Part shown: in pieces, positions 29,375 to 39,916 of the stretch
Layout of the letters: every line of letters starts with the position of its first letter
Numbering within the stretch: the first letter of the stretch is position 1
Source: Elusimicrobiota bacterium
GTDB taxonomy: Bacteria > Elusimicrobiota > Endomicrobiia > Endomicrobiales > JBDRNC01
NCBI GenBank assembly: GCA_043811535.1
Contig: JBDRNC010000021.1
Span: 77,668-141,667, forward strand
Reading direction: 5' to 3'
Length of the DNA stretch: 64,000 bases
The notes under the pieces: model-generated
The model's database searches: none
What the model saw: only the letters and a program-made list of their open reading frames with translations
Told to the model about the DNA's origin: nothing
Position numbers and translations under genes: made by a program

Positions 29375-30607
29375 ATGAAATGCTCCCGAGTGTTCTTTTT
29401 TTGCTTTGCCGGACTCGTTCTTTTAACTAAAGGGCTTTACGCTGAAGTCAAAGTAACTCCAATCGCCAACATCGACTTGATGGGAGGGCAATACTGGGTA
29501 ACGGGCGCCTCGCCGGACAAGCTTTCCGCGAACCTTGACATATTTTTCTGCCCCGTGCTCAATTTTTCGCCGCGGACAGCCCTGCTCCCCATATACACGG
29601 GACTCTACAGCGGAACGAAGGACGTCAAGGAGCTTATCGGCGGCGGGACGCTGACGCGCGAGATGCAGGACCACTCTATTTCGCTGAAGTTCGTGCACAA
29701 GCTCAACGACGCCTGGAAGCTCAAATCAAGGGTCGGCTATAAGATAGAGTATTTGAAAGAAACCGTGGACGAGACATGGGGCAAGGGCCTTTTTGATTTC
29801 AAGAAAATGATAATAGGCGCGGAAGCCGAAAAGAGCTGGGAAACATGGAACGGACGCGTCGGAATTGACTACTACACGATGAATTATCCGAACTACCAGT
29901 CGCTGGTGTCTCAGACCGCCTTCCAGACATCCCTGGACACTACAACTTACACGGAAATCTCCACTCAGGCCGGCAAGGATGTCCTGGATTACAATACCAT
30001 GTCACTATTCTTAGAGGCCAAGCATAAATTTTCCGCTAACCTTTACGGCACCGCCCACAACGACATCTCCATAAAAAGTTTTAAGGACCAGAAAATCGTG
30101 AAAAATACGGGCGAATTCTCTCCGGACCTGAGATCGGACCTTGTGAATTACCTGACGTTCGGTATCAGGGTCGTAGGGCCGAAAGCCGTCTTGGGTATAA
30201 CCGACGGCATACAGTACTACAAGTCAAACCAGAGCTCTTATGACGCGGCGAATTCCAAGTTCATAGCGGATTACTACAACTACACGCAAAACTCGGTAAT
30301 GCCCAGCATCACCTTTACGCTTGGTTCGGGCGACCTTCCGATGTCGCTGACGCTTTACTGGGACATTACATACAGGGCATACGCGTCCCGCCCCGCCCAG
30401 AGCGACGACGGCACCTATAAATCCGAGAATATAAACCAGACAACGAATACCTTCGGGATGAATTTCACGTATCCCATAATCAAGTCCGTTTCGGCGAAAT
30501 TCAGCACGAATTACCGCGATTCTTCGTCCAACATGAAATACGAAAAGAACTACAAGTACAATTACTACACTTTTAACTATTTCGTGGGCATGAATTGGCA
30601 GCTGTAA
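29375..30607 (+). CDS. Predicted outer-membrane beta-barrel protein
   Basis: Signal peptide ending LYA; Tyr/Phe-rich alternating strands; C-terminal YFVGMNWQL. Confidence 0.65.
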   Translation: MKCSRVFFFCFAGLVLLTKGLYAEVKVTPIANIDLMGGQYWVTGASPDKLSANLDIFFCPVLNFSPRTALLPIYTGLYSGTKDVKELIGGGTLTREMQDHSISLKFVHKLNDAWKLKSRVGYKIEYLKETVDETWGKGLFDFKKMIIGAEAEKSWETWNGRVGIDYYTMNYPNYQSLVSQTAFQTSLDTTTYTEISTQAGKDVLDYNTMSLFLEAKHKFSANLYGTAHNDISIKSFKDQKIVKNTGEFSPDLRSDLVNYLTFGIRVVGPKAVLGITDGIQYYKSNQSSYDAANSKFIADYYNYTQNSVMPSITFTLGSGDLPMSLTLYWDITYRAYASRPAQSDDGTYKSENINQTTNTFGMNFTYPIIKSVSAKFSTNYRDSSSNMKYEKNYKYNYYTFNYFVGMNWQL

Positions 30608-30693
30608 TGACGACAGTAAACAGTGAGCAGTAAGCTGTAAGCCGGGAAAGCCTTAACTGCTGACTGCTCCCTGCTTCCTGTTTACTGAAGTAT

Positions 30694-30709
30694 TGTGACC
30701 AAAATCACA
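30694..30709. promoter_or_regulatory. CRP/FNR-family box (TGTGA-N6-TCACA)
   Basis: TGTGACCAAAATCACA, an exact match to the CRP core consensus, ~155 bp upstream of the 30866 start. Confidence 0.5.
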
Positions 30710-30865
30710 CCGTCGGAGTTTCCGACGGATAAAAAGACAATAATAGGGATTTTAGTGCTTGTTTGAAACAAAAATACCGTTGAAAGCATATATTGTAATA
30801 GACGTATTTAAATACCGGAACATCAAAGCATTTGAACTTAAACTTGTTTAAGGCGGGAGGAAAAG

Positions 30866-33800
30866 ATGAAGAACTTCAGAAAACTTTTAATCGCGGCGGG
30901 AGTAAGTTTGCTGGCCGGTTCGGTCTATGCTGGCCTGGCAAACATTGATGTCACCGTTAAGGACCAGTCGGGTAATCCGTTATCGGGCGTTGAGATGATA
31001 TGCGCCAAGATAGACCCGGCCTCGTTTACGGGTGATCCCACGCAAATAGATTTTAAAACAGGTAATTCGAGCGGCTATGCGCAATTCATAGAAGATACTG
31101 GATATGATTATTTGATTTTTATCAGTAAAAACGGCTATGAACCGTCGTTCTTCCAGCAGATGAACAATCCCGGCATCCAGCCTGTACGACTCCAGAACAC
31201 GGGCCAGACTATTACTCTCAATATCACTATTTGGCAGTTGCCCGTGGGTTCAAATATGGGGCAACTAAGGTTTGACGTGATAGGTATTTCTCCTTCAGTT
31301 GTTTCGGACAGTACTACGATAGTTGCGGATATACGTAATAGGGATACTGACGCGCCTGTAGCCATGGGTTTTGCCCAAGTATGGTTGACAAGCGCGACGA
31401 TATTTGTCAATAATGTGCCCGCGGCTTCTTCGTCTACGTACAGGGCATACTGCGGCGTGGTTCAACAGGTCAATAGAATAGGCATGGAATCGGTTGTTTA
31501 CAAACCGGTTACCGCAAGCGCGGTAAGCACCTGGCAGTTTAATTTCGCGGACGCGGGCTTTATTTCGAACGTCCAGGAACAGCCGCAGGGCGGAACAACG
31601 GGCGGAACAACGGGCAGCGCGGCATTTGTAGGGGTTGTAATGTCAACGGATAATATCCCGCTTTCGGGAGCCATGGTTGAATTGCAGAGGCATAATGACA
31701 GTGTCCAGTTCGGGGATTTTCGTGACTCGCAGAGAGTCGGCCAGACATTCACCGACAACGGCGGGAGTTTCGCGTTTTATAACGTTCAGGCAGGAACTTA
31801 CGCGGTTTCAGCCAATAAACAGGGTTATCTGGGCCAGTATAACCAGAATCCGGGCTCGCATCCTGAAATGAGTCCCTGGGGCACCGGTTATGAGTACTCG
31901 GTAGGTCAAATGGTCAATGTCCAGCCGCTCAAACTCGAAAAAGGATTCGGCAGAGTTAAGGGCCGCGTTCTTGTGTGGGACGAGCAGATAAACAACACGG
32001 TGCCGGTGGCAAACGCGTACGTTAGCGTCCATGGCATGTGGGATAACTGGCCGATAGTTAATCCTCCGTCTTTTCCCGCTCAATACGTATACGACAATTA
32101 TTACACAACAGGGCCCGGCAGGGGAGGCAACGGCTGGGGTACCGCGAACACGGCTTCGGACGGCACTTTTGAGATATTCGGACTTGGCTCGGGAAACTTC
32201 AGCATGGAAATATGGTCCGAAATGTCGCAGGGCAATTACCGGTTTAACGAGGGTTATAACCAGCAGTATGACAGCAATGACCCGGACGGCAACGGCCCAC
32301 AGCCGTATTGCAGGGGCGGCGACGATCTAAGGATACAGATAGAAACCGGGGATGCTCCAAGCACAATTGTTTTTAGTTCCACGGCCTATGCAATGACCAA
32401 CTACAGCGTAGGGATGTCATCGCCCACTTTTGTGTCATTGATAGACATCCGTATCAGCACGCTGGCCGCCCGCATCGGAATTATATCCGGTACAATCAAT
32501 TTCAAGGACATCGGGGGAAGAACGTCAATCACGACCGACGATCCGATCTCAATGATGGCCTGGGAAAATACGAATACTTGGACAGGCCGCAAGGTATACA
32601 GCTGGGAGTATTCTACCGGGCCCATCCAGAATACGAACTATACGATATATGTCGCGACCGGATCTTCGTATTACGTGCAGTTCAAGTCAAAATCCTGGGC
32701 GGTATTGAACCAGCAGGACATGTACTGCGATTTAAGTAAGGGGCTTACAAGCATCACGGGCAAGAACCTGACGCTTGTCCCGGCGGGTTCAATGAAAGTT
32801 ACCATCAAGGACCAGTACGGCAATGTAGTTAAACAGACATCTCACAGCCAGCCCCCTCCCGGGAATATATATACGAGTGGAAGAATAATGGTCAGCGGGC
32901 CTACGCACTGGGACACGGACCTGAGCGAGCAGACCGAGAATTACATTTACGGGCTTGTTCCCGGGGTTTACAAGTTAGGCGTGCAGATAAACAAGTACAT
33001 TCAAATCGGCGAAGGGCCGAGCACGAATTTGCCCGCGGATTATCCGTTCACGACTCTTGAGAACGTGATAGTGTCGGTTGACAAGCAGACCAATGTGGAG
33101 ATAAAACTCAAGCCCGGGACGCTTGTGATTCCGGGCGGCTCCGCTTCCGCGCTGCCGACTCTTCCCGCGGGAGCTAAAGGATTTTACGGAGTGGGCGGAT
33201 GGAAGCACGGCGACACGCTTACGGCTGAACGGCTTGCGATGACATTGTTCTCTGCAGGAGAGGACCAGTCAGGCGGGCAGATGTCGGACGTTCTGTCCGT
33301 GGGTTTCATGTACGATTCATCCATAGCCCAATGGGGTCCGATGCGCGTGCCCGATGACAAATATGATTTTTATCTCGGGTATATTAATATATTCAATCCA
33401 TCCGAGCCGTCCGGGGATTACGGCGGGCCTCCCGCCCCGAATTTCCGCCAGAGTTTCACAACGCTTACTACAAAATTGAACGAGGAAATAAAATACGATT
33501 CGCTCAATCCCGGCGCGACTCATTTCATCGCGTTCGGTTCGGGCAATTCCGGCACGGGAACTCTTGGGACCTGCACAATCAAGGGAAAAATAATCGTTCA
33601 GGGAGACAAGGCGTTTTCGCGCGACGCCGTGGAAAAAATGTCAAACGGCGGCATGGATGTTTTCTTCGAATATATTCCAACGGTGGTGTTATATGATAAT
33701 CAGGGCAGTTTTAAGGGTTTCAGCAGCGCTATGCCCACACAGGCAAGGATAGCCGCCTGGGATGCTTTCTTTAACAATCCGAACCAGACTATTGAAGGGG

Positions 33801-35827
33801 CGCTTAACTTCTTCAAAACAGAACTTGGAAGTTATCCGCTGGAGTACTGGTGCGAAAAGCTCCCGGCAGGCGATTATACGCTTGTCATAGGCCATCCGAA
33901 TTACCCGCCAATCATGAAAAAGGTGACTCTTACCGGCGAGAATGAGGGCGTGAATACGTATGATTTCAACATGGACGAGGCGAAGGTGCCCGGCTACTCG
34001 ATTTCCGGGGTAGTCAAGAGCACCGACGGCGTAAATGTAATGGGCGCGAATATCGTCATAAAGAACAGGAATGCCAATATAGAAAAGAAAACCGAAACGG
34101 ACAGTTCCGGGGCATTTGCCCTTTACGGACTGGCCCCCGGAGTATACAGGATAGACGTTTCTCGCGGCGGCTACGCTATAGGCGGCAAAAAGGTTGCCGT
34201 CTCCAAGGCAGATATTTCCGTAGATATCCAACTGAAGAGGTCGGACGGGTCCATAAGCGGCACTGTGTTTACCCAAAGAATGCCCGCAAAGGTCCTGCCC
34301 GAGGCAAAAATCATCGCATATGACGAGACGGAAAACGGCCTCGCGACGACGAACTACCTTCCGAGCTATAAGGTCATTACCGACAACAACGGACAGTATT
34401 TCATACCGGACGTTATTTCGGGCCATGTCTATAAGATATACTGCGTCGCCGAGAGCAAGGTGCTTGAATACAGAGAGTTGACCGCCGCGGCCGGAAACAA
34501 TACAGGCGTGGATTTCACTCTCAAACCCGCGAAGCCGCGCCTCAGGATAAGTTCAAAGAAAATGCTCATCAATGACCAGATACTATATGACTTTTATATT
34601 GAATGTCCCAACAGGCTGGTTAACCTGAGTAATCCGAACGGCGTCGGCGTTCCGTACTGCAGATACAGCCCTGCGGACACCGCTAACAGCGCGTTTGACG
34701 CGACTAAGGCGGTTGAAGTACTGGTTATACCCGGGACGAACAATACGTATGAAATTGCGTTTAACCCAGGCATGGGCAGCGATTACTATAAGATGAGGAT
34801 ACTTGCTACCGACGGCGTAAACGAGTTCTTTGAAGACGTGCTGTTCGGACCGCAGATAGAGGCGAGAGCGAAGAAGGATATGGCGGGCGAGATAGCCGAG
34901 GGCGGCCAGATAGACATTGATTCCACGGGTTATGACACGACAAAGATAGGCCTTGACCCCGGCTCGGTCACTCCGGCGGACGTGACACAGACGACCGTCA
35001 AGACGGGCACGGCGGAAGTTCCCGTTGGAGGTTTCCTTTCAACTCTTCCGAACTTCCAACTCTCAAAGACCGGCAACGCCAAGTCCGACGCCATGGATAA
35101 ACTCGTTAAAAGCATAGTAGCTTCTGACGTATACGAGATAGATCTTTCGGGCGCGCAATTGAATAAATCGGTGACGCTGACTCTTAACTATGACAATGAA
35201 ACCGTCGGCGAAGACGAGTTAAACGAGCTGCAGATAGGAAAGTATAACGTGTATACGGGTAAATGGGAGATAGTACAGGGCATAGTCATGACTGACCCTC
35301 TGACAAGCACGGTATCGCTTGACGTGGAATCCATCGGCGGCACTAACGCGAATCCGGCTCCCAAGGCCAAGTGGAACGGTTCCCGTTTTGTGTTGAACAA
35401 GGCGGCATCCACTTCGCAGAGCGGCATATACGCTGTTTTCCTGCAGGACCCGAATACCGTAAAGCAGTACAATGGCACGGATTTCGTGATATTCAACTTC
35501 CCGAACCCGTTTGACCTTAAGTTGAAATCTGTTGACACGCAGGACGACTATTCCACCGATAAGTACTCGGTTACGGGAACAATGATCAAGTACGCGCTGC
35601 CTTCAAGATACACCGGCGACATCAAGTTCTACATATATAACATCGCGGCTGAGATGGTGCGCGAGCTTGACCTTGGAGTGAAAGACGGCGGCTACTATTA
35701 CTACGCCGAATGGGACGGCAAGAACGACTCCGGAGAAGAATGCGCTTCCGGAGTTTACCTGCTTATTGCGAAATGCGACGGTGTGAAACTCAACGAAAAA
35801 TTGCTCAAGATGGCGATAATAAAATAG
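30866..35827 (+). CDS. Large secreted protein (1,653 aa) with carboxypeptidase-regulatory-like repeats and FlgD-Ig/T9SS type A-like C-terminal domain
   Basis: Signal peptide ending VYA; motifs TDNGGSFAFYNVQAGTYAVSANKQGY and TDSSGAFALYGLAPGVYRIDVSRGGY; C-terminus NFPNPF...IYNIAAEMVREL...WDGKNDSGEECASGVYLL...KMAIIK*. Confidence 0.85.
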   Translation: MKNFRKLLIAAGVSLLAGSVYAGLANIDVTVKDQSGNPLSGVEMICAKIDPASFTGDPTQIDFKTGNSSGYAQFIEDTGYDYLIFISKNGYEPSFFQQMNNPGIQPVRLQNTGQTITLNITIWQLPVGSNMGQLRFDVIGISPSVVSDSTTIVADIRNRDTDAPVAMGFAQVWLTSATIFVNNVPAASSSTYRAYCGVVQQVNRIGMESVVYKPVTASAVSTWQFNFADAGFISNVQEQPQGGTTGGTTGSAAFVGVVMSTDNIPLSGAMVELQRHNDSVQFGDFRDSQRVGQTFTDNGGSFAFYNVQAGTYAVSANKQGYLGQYNQNPGSHPEMSPWGTGYEYSVGQMVNVQPLKLEKGFGRVKGRVLVWDEQINNTVPVANAYVSVHGMWDNWPIVNPPSFPAQYVYDNYYTTGPGRGGNGWGTANTASDGTFEIFGLGSGNFSMEIWSEMSQGNYRFNEGYNQQYDSNDPDGNGPQPYCRGGDDLRIQIETGDAPSTIVFSSTAYAMTNYSVGMSSPTFVSLIDIRISTLAARIGIISGTINFKDIGGRTSITTDDPISMMAWENTNTWTGRKVYSWEYSTGPIQNTNYTIYVATGSSYYVQFKSKSWAVLNQQDMYCDLSKGLTSITGKNLTLVPAGSMKVTIKDQYGNVVKQTSHSQPPPGNIYTSGRIMVSGPTHWDTDLSEQTENYIYGLVPGVYKLGVQINKYIQIGEGPSTNLPADYPFTTLENVIVSVDKQTNVEIKLKPGTLVIPGGSASALPTLPAGAKGFYGVGGWKHGDTLTAERLAMTLFSAGEDQSGGQMSDVLSVGFMYDSSIAQWGPMRVPDDKYDFYLGYINIFNPSEPSGDYGGPPAPNFRQSFTTLTTKLNEEIKYDSLNPGATHFIAFGSGNSGTGTLGTCTIKGKIIVQGDKAFSRDAVEKMSNGGMDVFFEYIPTVVLYDNQGSFKGFSSAMPTQARIAAWDAFFNNPNQTIEGALNFFKTELGSYPLEYWCEKLPAGDYTLVIGHPNYPPIMKKVTLTGENEGVNTYDFNMDEAKVPGYSISGVVKSTDGVNVMGANIVIKNRNANIEKKTETDSSGAFALYGLAPGVYRIDVSRGGYAIGGKKVAVSKADISVDIQLKRSDGSISGTVFTQRMPAKVLPEAKIIAYDETENGLATTNYLPSYKVITDNNGQYFIPDVISGHVYKIYCVAESKVLEYRELTAAAGNNTGVDFTLKPAKPRLRISSKKMLINDQILYDFYIECPNRLVNLSNPNGVGVPYCRYSPADTANSAFDATKAVEVLVIPGTNNTYEIAFNPGMGSDYYKMRILATDGVNEFFEDVLFGPQIEARAKKDMAGEIAEGGQIDIDSTGYDTTKIGLDPGSVTPADVTQTTVKTGTAEVPVGGFLSTLPNFQLSKTGNAKSDAMDKLVKSIVASDVYEIDLSGAQLNKSVTLTLNYDNETVGEDELNELQIGKYNVYTGKWEIVQGIVMTDPLTSTVSLDVESIGGTNANPAPKAKWNGSRFVLNKAASTSQSGIYAVFLQDPNTVKQYNGTDFVIFNFPNPFDLKLKSVDTQDDYSTDKYSVTGTMIKYALPSRYTGDIKFYIYNIAAEMVRELDLGVKDGGYYYYAEWDGKNDSGEECASGVYLLIAKCDGVKLNEKLLKMAIIK

Positions 35828-35882
35828 CGATTAGCAATTGGCAATTAGCAATTTGTAAATAATATACTTGTAGGAGGATGTC

Positions 35883-36818
35883 ATGGAATTAAACAAATTA
35901 CTAAAGGCAGCGGTTTGTAGCATCGTTGCCGTGTCAACTGTCTGGTCGCTCGCAAGTGCCGGAGTAGGCAAAACAGGCGCGCAGTTCCTAAAAATTATTC
36001 CGTCAGCAAGGTCCGCGGGAATGGGTTGCGCTTTTGCGGGACTTGCCGATGACGTCTATGCTGTGTATTCTAACCCGGCGGGCCTGGCGCAGCTTGAAAA
36101 GGCGGAGTTTGCCGCGACGTACATGAAATATTTCGCGGACGTGAATTACGGGTACATCGGCTACGCTTCAAAGGTGCGCGATCTCGGCGTGTTCGGCATC
36201 GGCTATACGTATCTTCTGGTGCCCGGGATAGAGAAAAGGGACCTTGACGAAACAAAGCTCGGCGAGTTCAACGCCACCGATATAAGCCTTGCCGTCGCGT
36301 ACGCATGGAAAGACGCCATGCCCAGCCTTCTTGAGAACGTGAGCGTGGGCTGCGCGGTAAAACTTATTAACTCGCAGATAGATACGGCTGTCGCGTATAC
36401 GGCCGCGCTGGATGTGGCCGCCATGTACAGCCCAATAAAGAATTTCAACACGGCACTGGTTCTGCAGAACGTAGGCGCCGGGATTAAATTTCGCGAAGTT
36501 TCCGATCCGCTGCCCTTGAATCTTAAACTGGGATTGTCTTACAAGGCGATGGAAGGGCTGGCTATCAACGGCGAGCTGGACGAATATCTTTCGGATAACA
36601 AATTCTACGCGAGCATCGGCGCGGAGTACTGGCCGCTGAAGCAATTGGCTCTGCGCGGCGGGTATCGTTTCGGATATCACAAGGACAGCCTCGGCCAGAA
36701 CGTCGGAATAGCAGGCGGCGTGGGTTTCAGAATCTGGGACATGAGTGTTGATTACGCGTTTGTTCCTTTTGGAGAATTAGGCGACACGCATAGGATGAGT
36801 TTTGGAGTAAAGTTCTAA
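35883..36818 (+). CDS. PorV/PorQ-family (UPF0164-like) outer-membrane barrel
   Basis: GAQFLKIIPSARSAGMGCAFAGLADDVYAVYSNPAGLA; PLPLNLKLG; DYAFVPFGELGDTHRMSFGVKF*. Confidence 0.85.
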   Translation: MELNKLLKAAVCSIVAVSTVWSLASAGVGKTGAQFLKIIPSARSAGMGCAFAGLADDVYAVYSNPAGLAQLEKAEFAATYMKYFADVNYGYIGYASKVRDLGVFGIGYTYLLVPGIEKRDLDETKLGEFNATDISLAVAYAWKDAMPSLLENVSVGCAVKLINSQIDTAVAYTAALDVAAMYSPIKNFNTALVLQNVGAGIKFREVSDPLPLNLKLGLSYKAMEGLAINGELDEYLSDNKFYASIGAEYWPLKQLALRGGYRFGYHKDSLGQNVGIAGGVGFRIWDMSVDYAFVPFGELGDTHRMSFGVKF

Positions 36819-37001
36819 ATTCAGCAATTAGCCATTAGCAATTGGCAATTAGTATTTGACGTTAACTACTTGCTAATCACAAATTGCCAATAGCTGCAGT
36901 TATAAACGGCCTGAATAGTTTCAGGGCGGTATATTTATATTGTTTTTCATAAATAAATTCATTGATATTTTAATTATATTTTTAAGGAGAGTATCGCTAA
37001 A

Positions 37002-38909
37002 ATGAAAAAAGGCAAACTTACAACGCTGCTTATTTCTTTGAGCGTGGGTTTTTTGGTGATTGTTTTATGGATTTTCGGATTAATCAGAGGACTTGAGAAT
37101 AAATTCCTTGATTCCATGTTTACTTTGCGCGGTCCGATAAAACCCGCGGAGGAAATTGTTATTATAGCTTTTGACGAAGAGTCGTTCAAACAGCTTGGGC
37201 GCTGGCCGTGGACCAGGGTGCATTACGCGAAAGTTGTGGATATGCTCACTCAGGCCGGCGCGAAATCGATAGTTTTTGACGTGATCTTTCCCGAGCCGGA
37301 ATCCGAACATCCCGGTGCGGACGAGACTTTCGCCCGCGCCGCGAAGAATTCCGGCAAAGTGGTGCTTGCGTCCCATTTTAGTTATGACATCGAAGGCAAT
37401 CCCAGTAATTTTATTATGCCGGTCCCTGTTCTTCAGCAGGAGGCCTATATGGGTTTTGCGAACATCATGGCCGAGCTGGACGGAGTCTGCAGGAAGATAC
37501 CTTTGTTTAAGGTTTATAAGGATAAAGTTGTGCCTTCGCTCGCGACGGCGGGACTTGCTGTCTATTATAACCAGCCGCCCGAAAAGCTAATAGCGGATAA
37601 GAAAGTTATTTTGGACGAGTACAACGAGATGCTCGTTAATTTCAGCGGTGGATACGAGACATTCCAGTACTCTACTTTTTCTTATGTGCTGAATGGTATA
37701 ATCCCGGCGAGCAATTTCAAGGATAAAATAGTTATTTTGGGCGGAACGGCTTCAGGGCTTTTTGATTTTAAAGCGATACCATACTCGCCGATGTTTCCGG
37801 GGGTTGAGATCCATGCGAACACGATGTCCAATATAATACTCGGCAATTTTCTGCGGCCCATGCCTTCTTTGATGACCTTGCTGTTGATAATTGTTTTTGT
37901 GTTGTTTTCGGGGCTTGTTTCCGGCAGGCTCGCTCCGTTCAGGGGCGGAATAGTCACGATGGGTCTGCTTGCGGGTTTTTTCGTAGTGGTTTTCGTTTTG
38001 TTTAAGTCCAGATACATTTACGCTGAATTCGTTGCGCCTGCTTCAGGTCTGACTTTGAGTTACGTGGGCGTGCTTTTCTATAGATTTATGACCGAGGAAA
38101 GGGAAAAACGCAAAATCAAAAAAACGTTCAGCCAATACCTGAGCCCCAAGATCATGGAGAAAGTTCTTAACGACCCGTCATACCTTAAAATGGGCGGGCA
38201 TAAAGAGACCCTTACCGTGCTTTTCTCGGATATCAGGGGTTTCACGACGATAACTGAATCACTGCCACCCGAAGAACTTGTGGCGCAATTGAATGAGTAC
38301 CTCAGCAAAATGGTGGATGTAGTCTTTAAATGGGACGGCACTATGGACAAATTCATCGGCGACGCGGTGATGGCTTACTGGGGCGCTCCGATACCTCAGA
38401 ACGATCACCCGATCAGAGGCGTGATGTGCGCGATAGACATGCACAAAGAATTGAAAATTCTTCAGGATAAATGGAACAGCGAAGGAAAACAGTTCGTTTT
38501 TAATATCGGGGTAGGGGTCAACACCGGGGAAATGATCGTGGGCAACATGGGCTCTACGGGAAAGAAGGACTTTACCGTAATAGGCGACAACGTCAACCTC
38601 GGCGCGCGGCTTGAGAGCACGACAAAGGAATACCACGCGAAGCTAATCATTTCAGAAGCCACGTATGACATAGTGAAAGAGTCAATTGATGCGAAGCATA
38701 TAGGATCCGTAAAGGTTAAAGGAAAGACCAAGCCTGTCGAAATATACGCGGTTCTTGGGAAGAAGGGGGAAGAACCTATAAGCATAGCTGACCAGATACA
38801 TAAGGATGAAATTAAGAAGGAAGAAGCTCCTAAACCGGCAGCTTCCGCGGCGCCTGCCGCGCCGGAGAAGTTTGATCCTGATGCGAGGACGCAGTTCCCT
38901 AAGAAATAG
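37002..38909 (+). CDS. CHASE2-domain class III adenylate/guanylate cyclase
   Basis: CHASE2 motifs GRWPWTR, DGVCRKIPL, PGVEIHAN; three TMs; catalytic FSDIRGFT, DKFIGDAVMA, DFTVIGDNVNLGARLE (Lys/Asp pattern of ATP specificity). Confidence 0.92.
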   Translation: MKKGKLTTLLISLSVGFLVIVLWIFGLIRGLENKFLDSMFTLRGPIKPAEEIVIIAFDEESFKQLGRWPWTRVHYAKVVDMLTQAGAKSIVFDVIFPEPESEHPGADETFARAAKNSGKVVLASHFSYDIEGNPSNFIMPVPVLQQEAYMGFANIMAELDGVCRKIPLFKVYKDKVVPSLATAGLAVYYNQPPEKLIADKKVILDEYNEMLVNFSGGYETFQYSTFSYVLNGIIPASNFKDKIVILGGTASGLFDFKAIPYSPMFPGVEIHANTMSNIILGNFLRPMPSLMTLLLIIVFVLFSGLVSGRLAPFRGGIVTMGLLAGFFVVVFVLFKSRYIYAEFVAPASGLTLSYVGVLFYRFMTEEREKRKIKKTFSQYLSPKIMEKVLNDPSYLKMGGHKETLTVLFSDIRGFTTITESLPPEELVAQLNEYLSKMVDVVFKWDGTMDKFIGDAVMAYWGAPIPQNDHPIRGVMCAIDMHKELKILQDKWNSEGKQFVFNIGVGVNTGEMIVGNMGSTGKKDFTVIGDNVNLGARLESTTKEYHAKLIISEATYDIVKESIDAKHIGSVKVKGKTKPVEIYAVLGKKGEEPISIADQIHKDEIKKEEAPKPAASAAPAAPEKFDPDARTQFPKK

Positions 38910-38959
38910 ATGGAAGTAGAAGACGGAAGAAGGAAGTAACGGATAAATAAAGAAAACCT

Positions 38960-39661
38960 ATGATATTCTGGCGCTTGATTCTTGCTCATCTTCTGATAGA
39001 TTTTACGTTCCAGACGAATTTTATCGCGGAATGGAAGAGGAGAAATGTCTGGGGAGCTCTTCTTCATTCCATGATGTTTCTTGTTGTGGGAACAATTCTC
39101 TGCTGGGGCTACCTTACCGACATCTGGGTAATGGCAGGGAACAATATGGTCATTATTCAGGGCTGGATGGCTCTCGTTCTCCTGACGATATTTCATTTCA
39201 TGGAGGATGAATGGAGAGTATGGACCATTCAGAAACTGAATTCGCCCGATACAATGTTCTTTTTTATATGGGACCAGGTCATACATATAGTCTTTATCTT
39301 CGTATTATTTCCGCAAAGTTTCGGCATACACCCGGAACCATGGGTGCTGCTGGCTATTCTTTTTGTTCTCACGACGCACTTCACGACAATTTTCATATAT
39401 TACCTTGAAAAGGATGTATTCGGCCAAACCAACGTGCTTGTCCATGACAAATATTTTTCAATGATAGAACGGCTGATTACCGCGTTGGCGTTGTTGCTGC
39501 CGGGATGGTGGGCGCTGAGTTTTCTTTTTGTATGGATAGCGCGAGCGGTGATTTCCAGTTTCTGGCGCCGGCCGCAGGGTTTTACATGGACTAACATAAT
39601 AGTTGGCAACTCAATGGCGGCTCTCTTCGGTTTTCTTGCCAGGCTCGTTTATTACGCGTAA
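38960..39661 (+). CDS. DUF3307-like integral membrane protein
   Basis: LILAHLLIDFTFQT, LLHS, HFMED, WDQVIH motifs. Confidence 0.75.
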   Translation: MIFWRLILAHLLIDFTFQTNFIAEWKRRNVWGALLHSMMFLVVGTILCWGYLTDIWVMAGNNMVIIQGWMALVLLTIFHFMEDEWRVWTIQKLNSPDTMFFFIWDQVIHIVFIFVLFPQSFGIHPEPWVLLAILFVLTTHFTTIFIYYLEKDVFGQTNVLVHDKYFSMIERLITALALLLPGWWALSFLFVWIARAVISSFWRRPQGFTWTNIIVGNSMAALFGFLARLVYYA

Positions 39662-39916
39662 TTCCCCCGGCTATTTCTCTCCAGAGTCTACTGAAATTTC
39701 CTTGCCAAACGCTTCAATCCAGTCCAATACCCAAAAACAATAATACTAAGCCCTGCCTGAAAAAAATGGAATCCACTTGACAAATATAATTTCTATTTGA
39801 TATATTATACTCAATAGCATTAAATAACTCTATTTATTAATATATGATAATAAATAACAGTTCTATATTTATTGATGCCGGGCGAAAGCGGCAAAATAAT
39901 ATCTTGGAGAGTTAAA

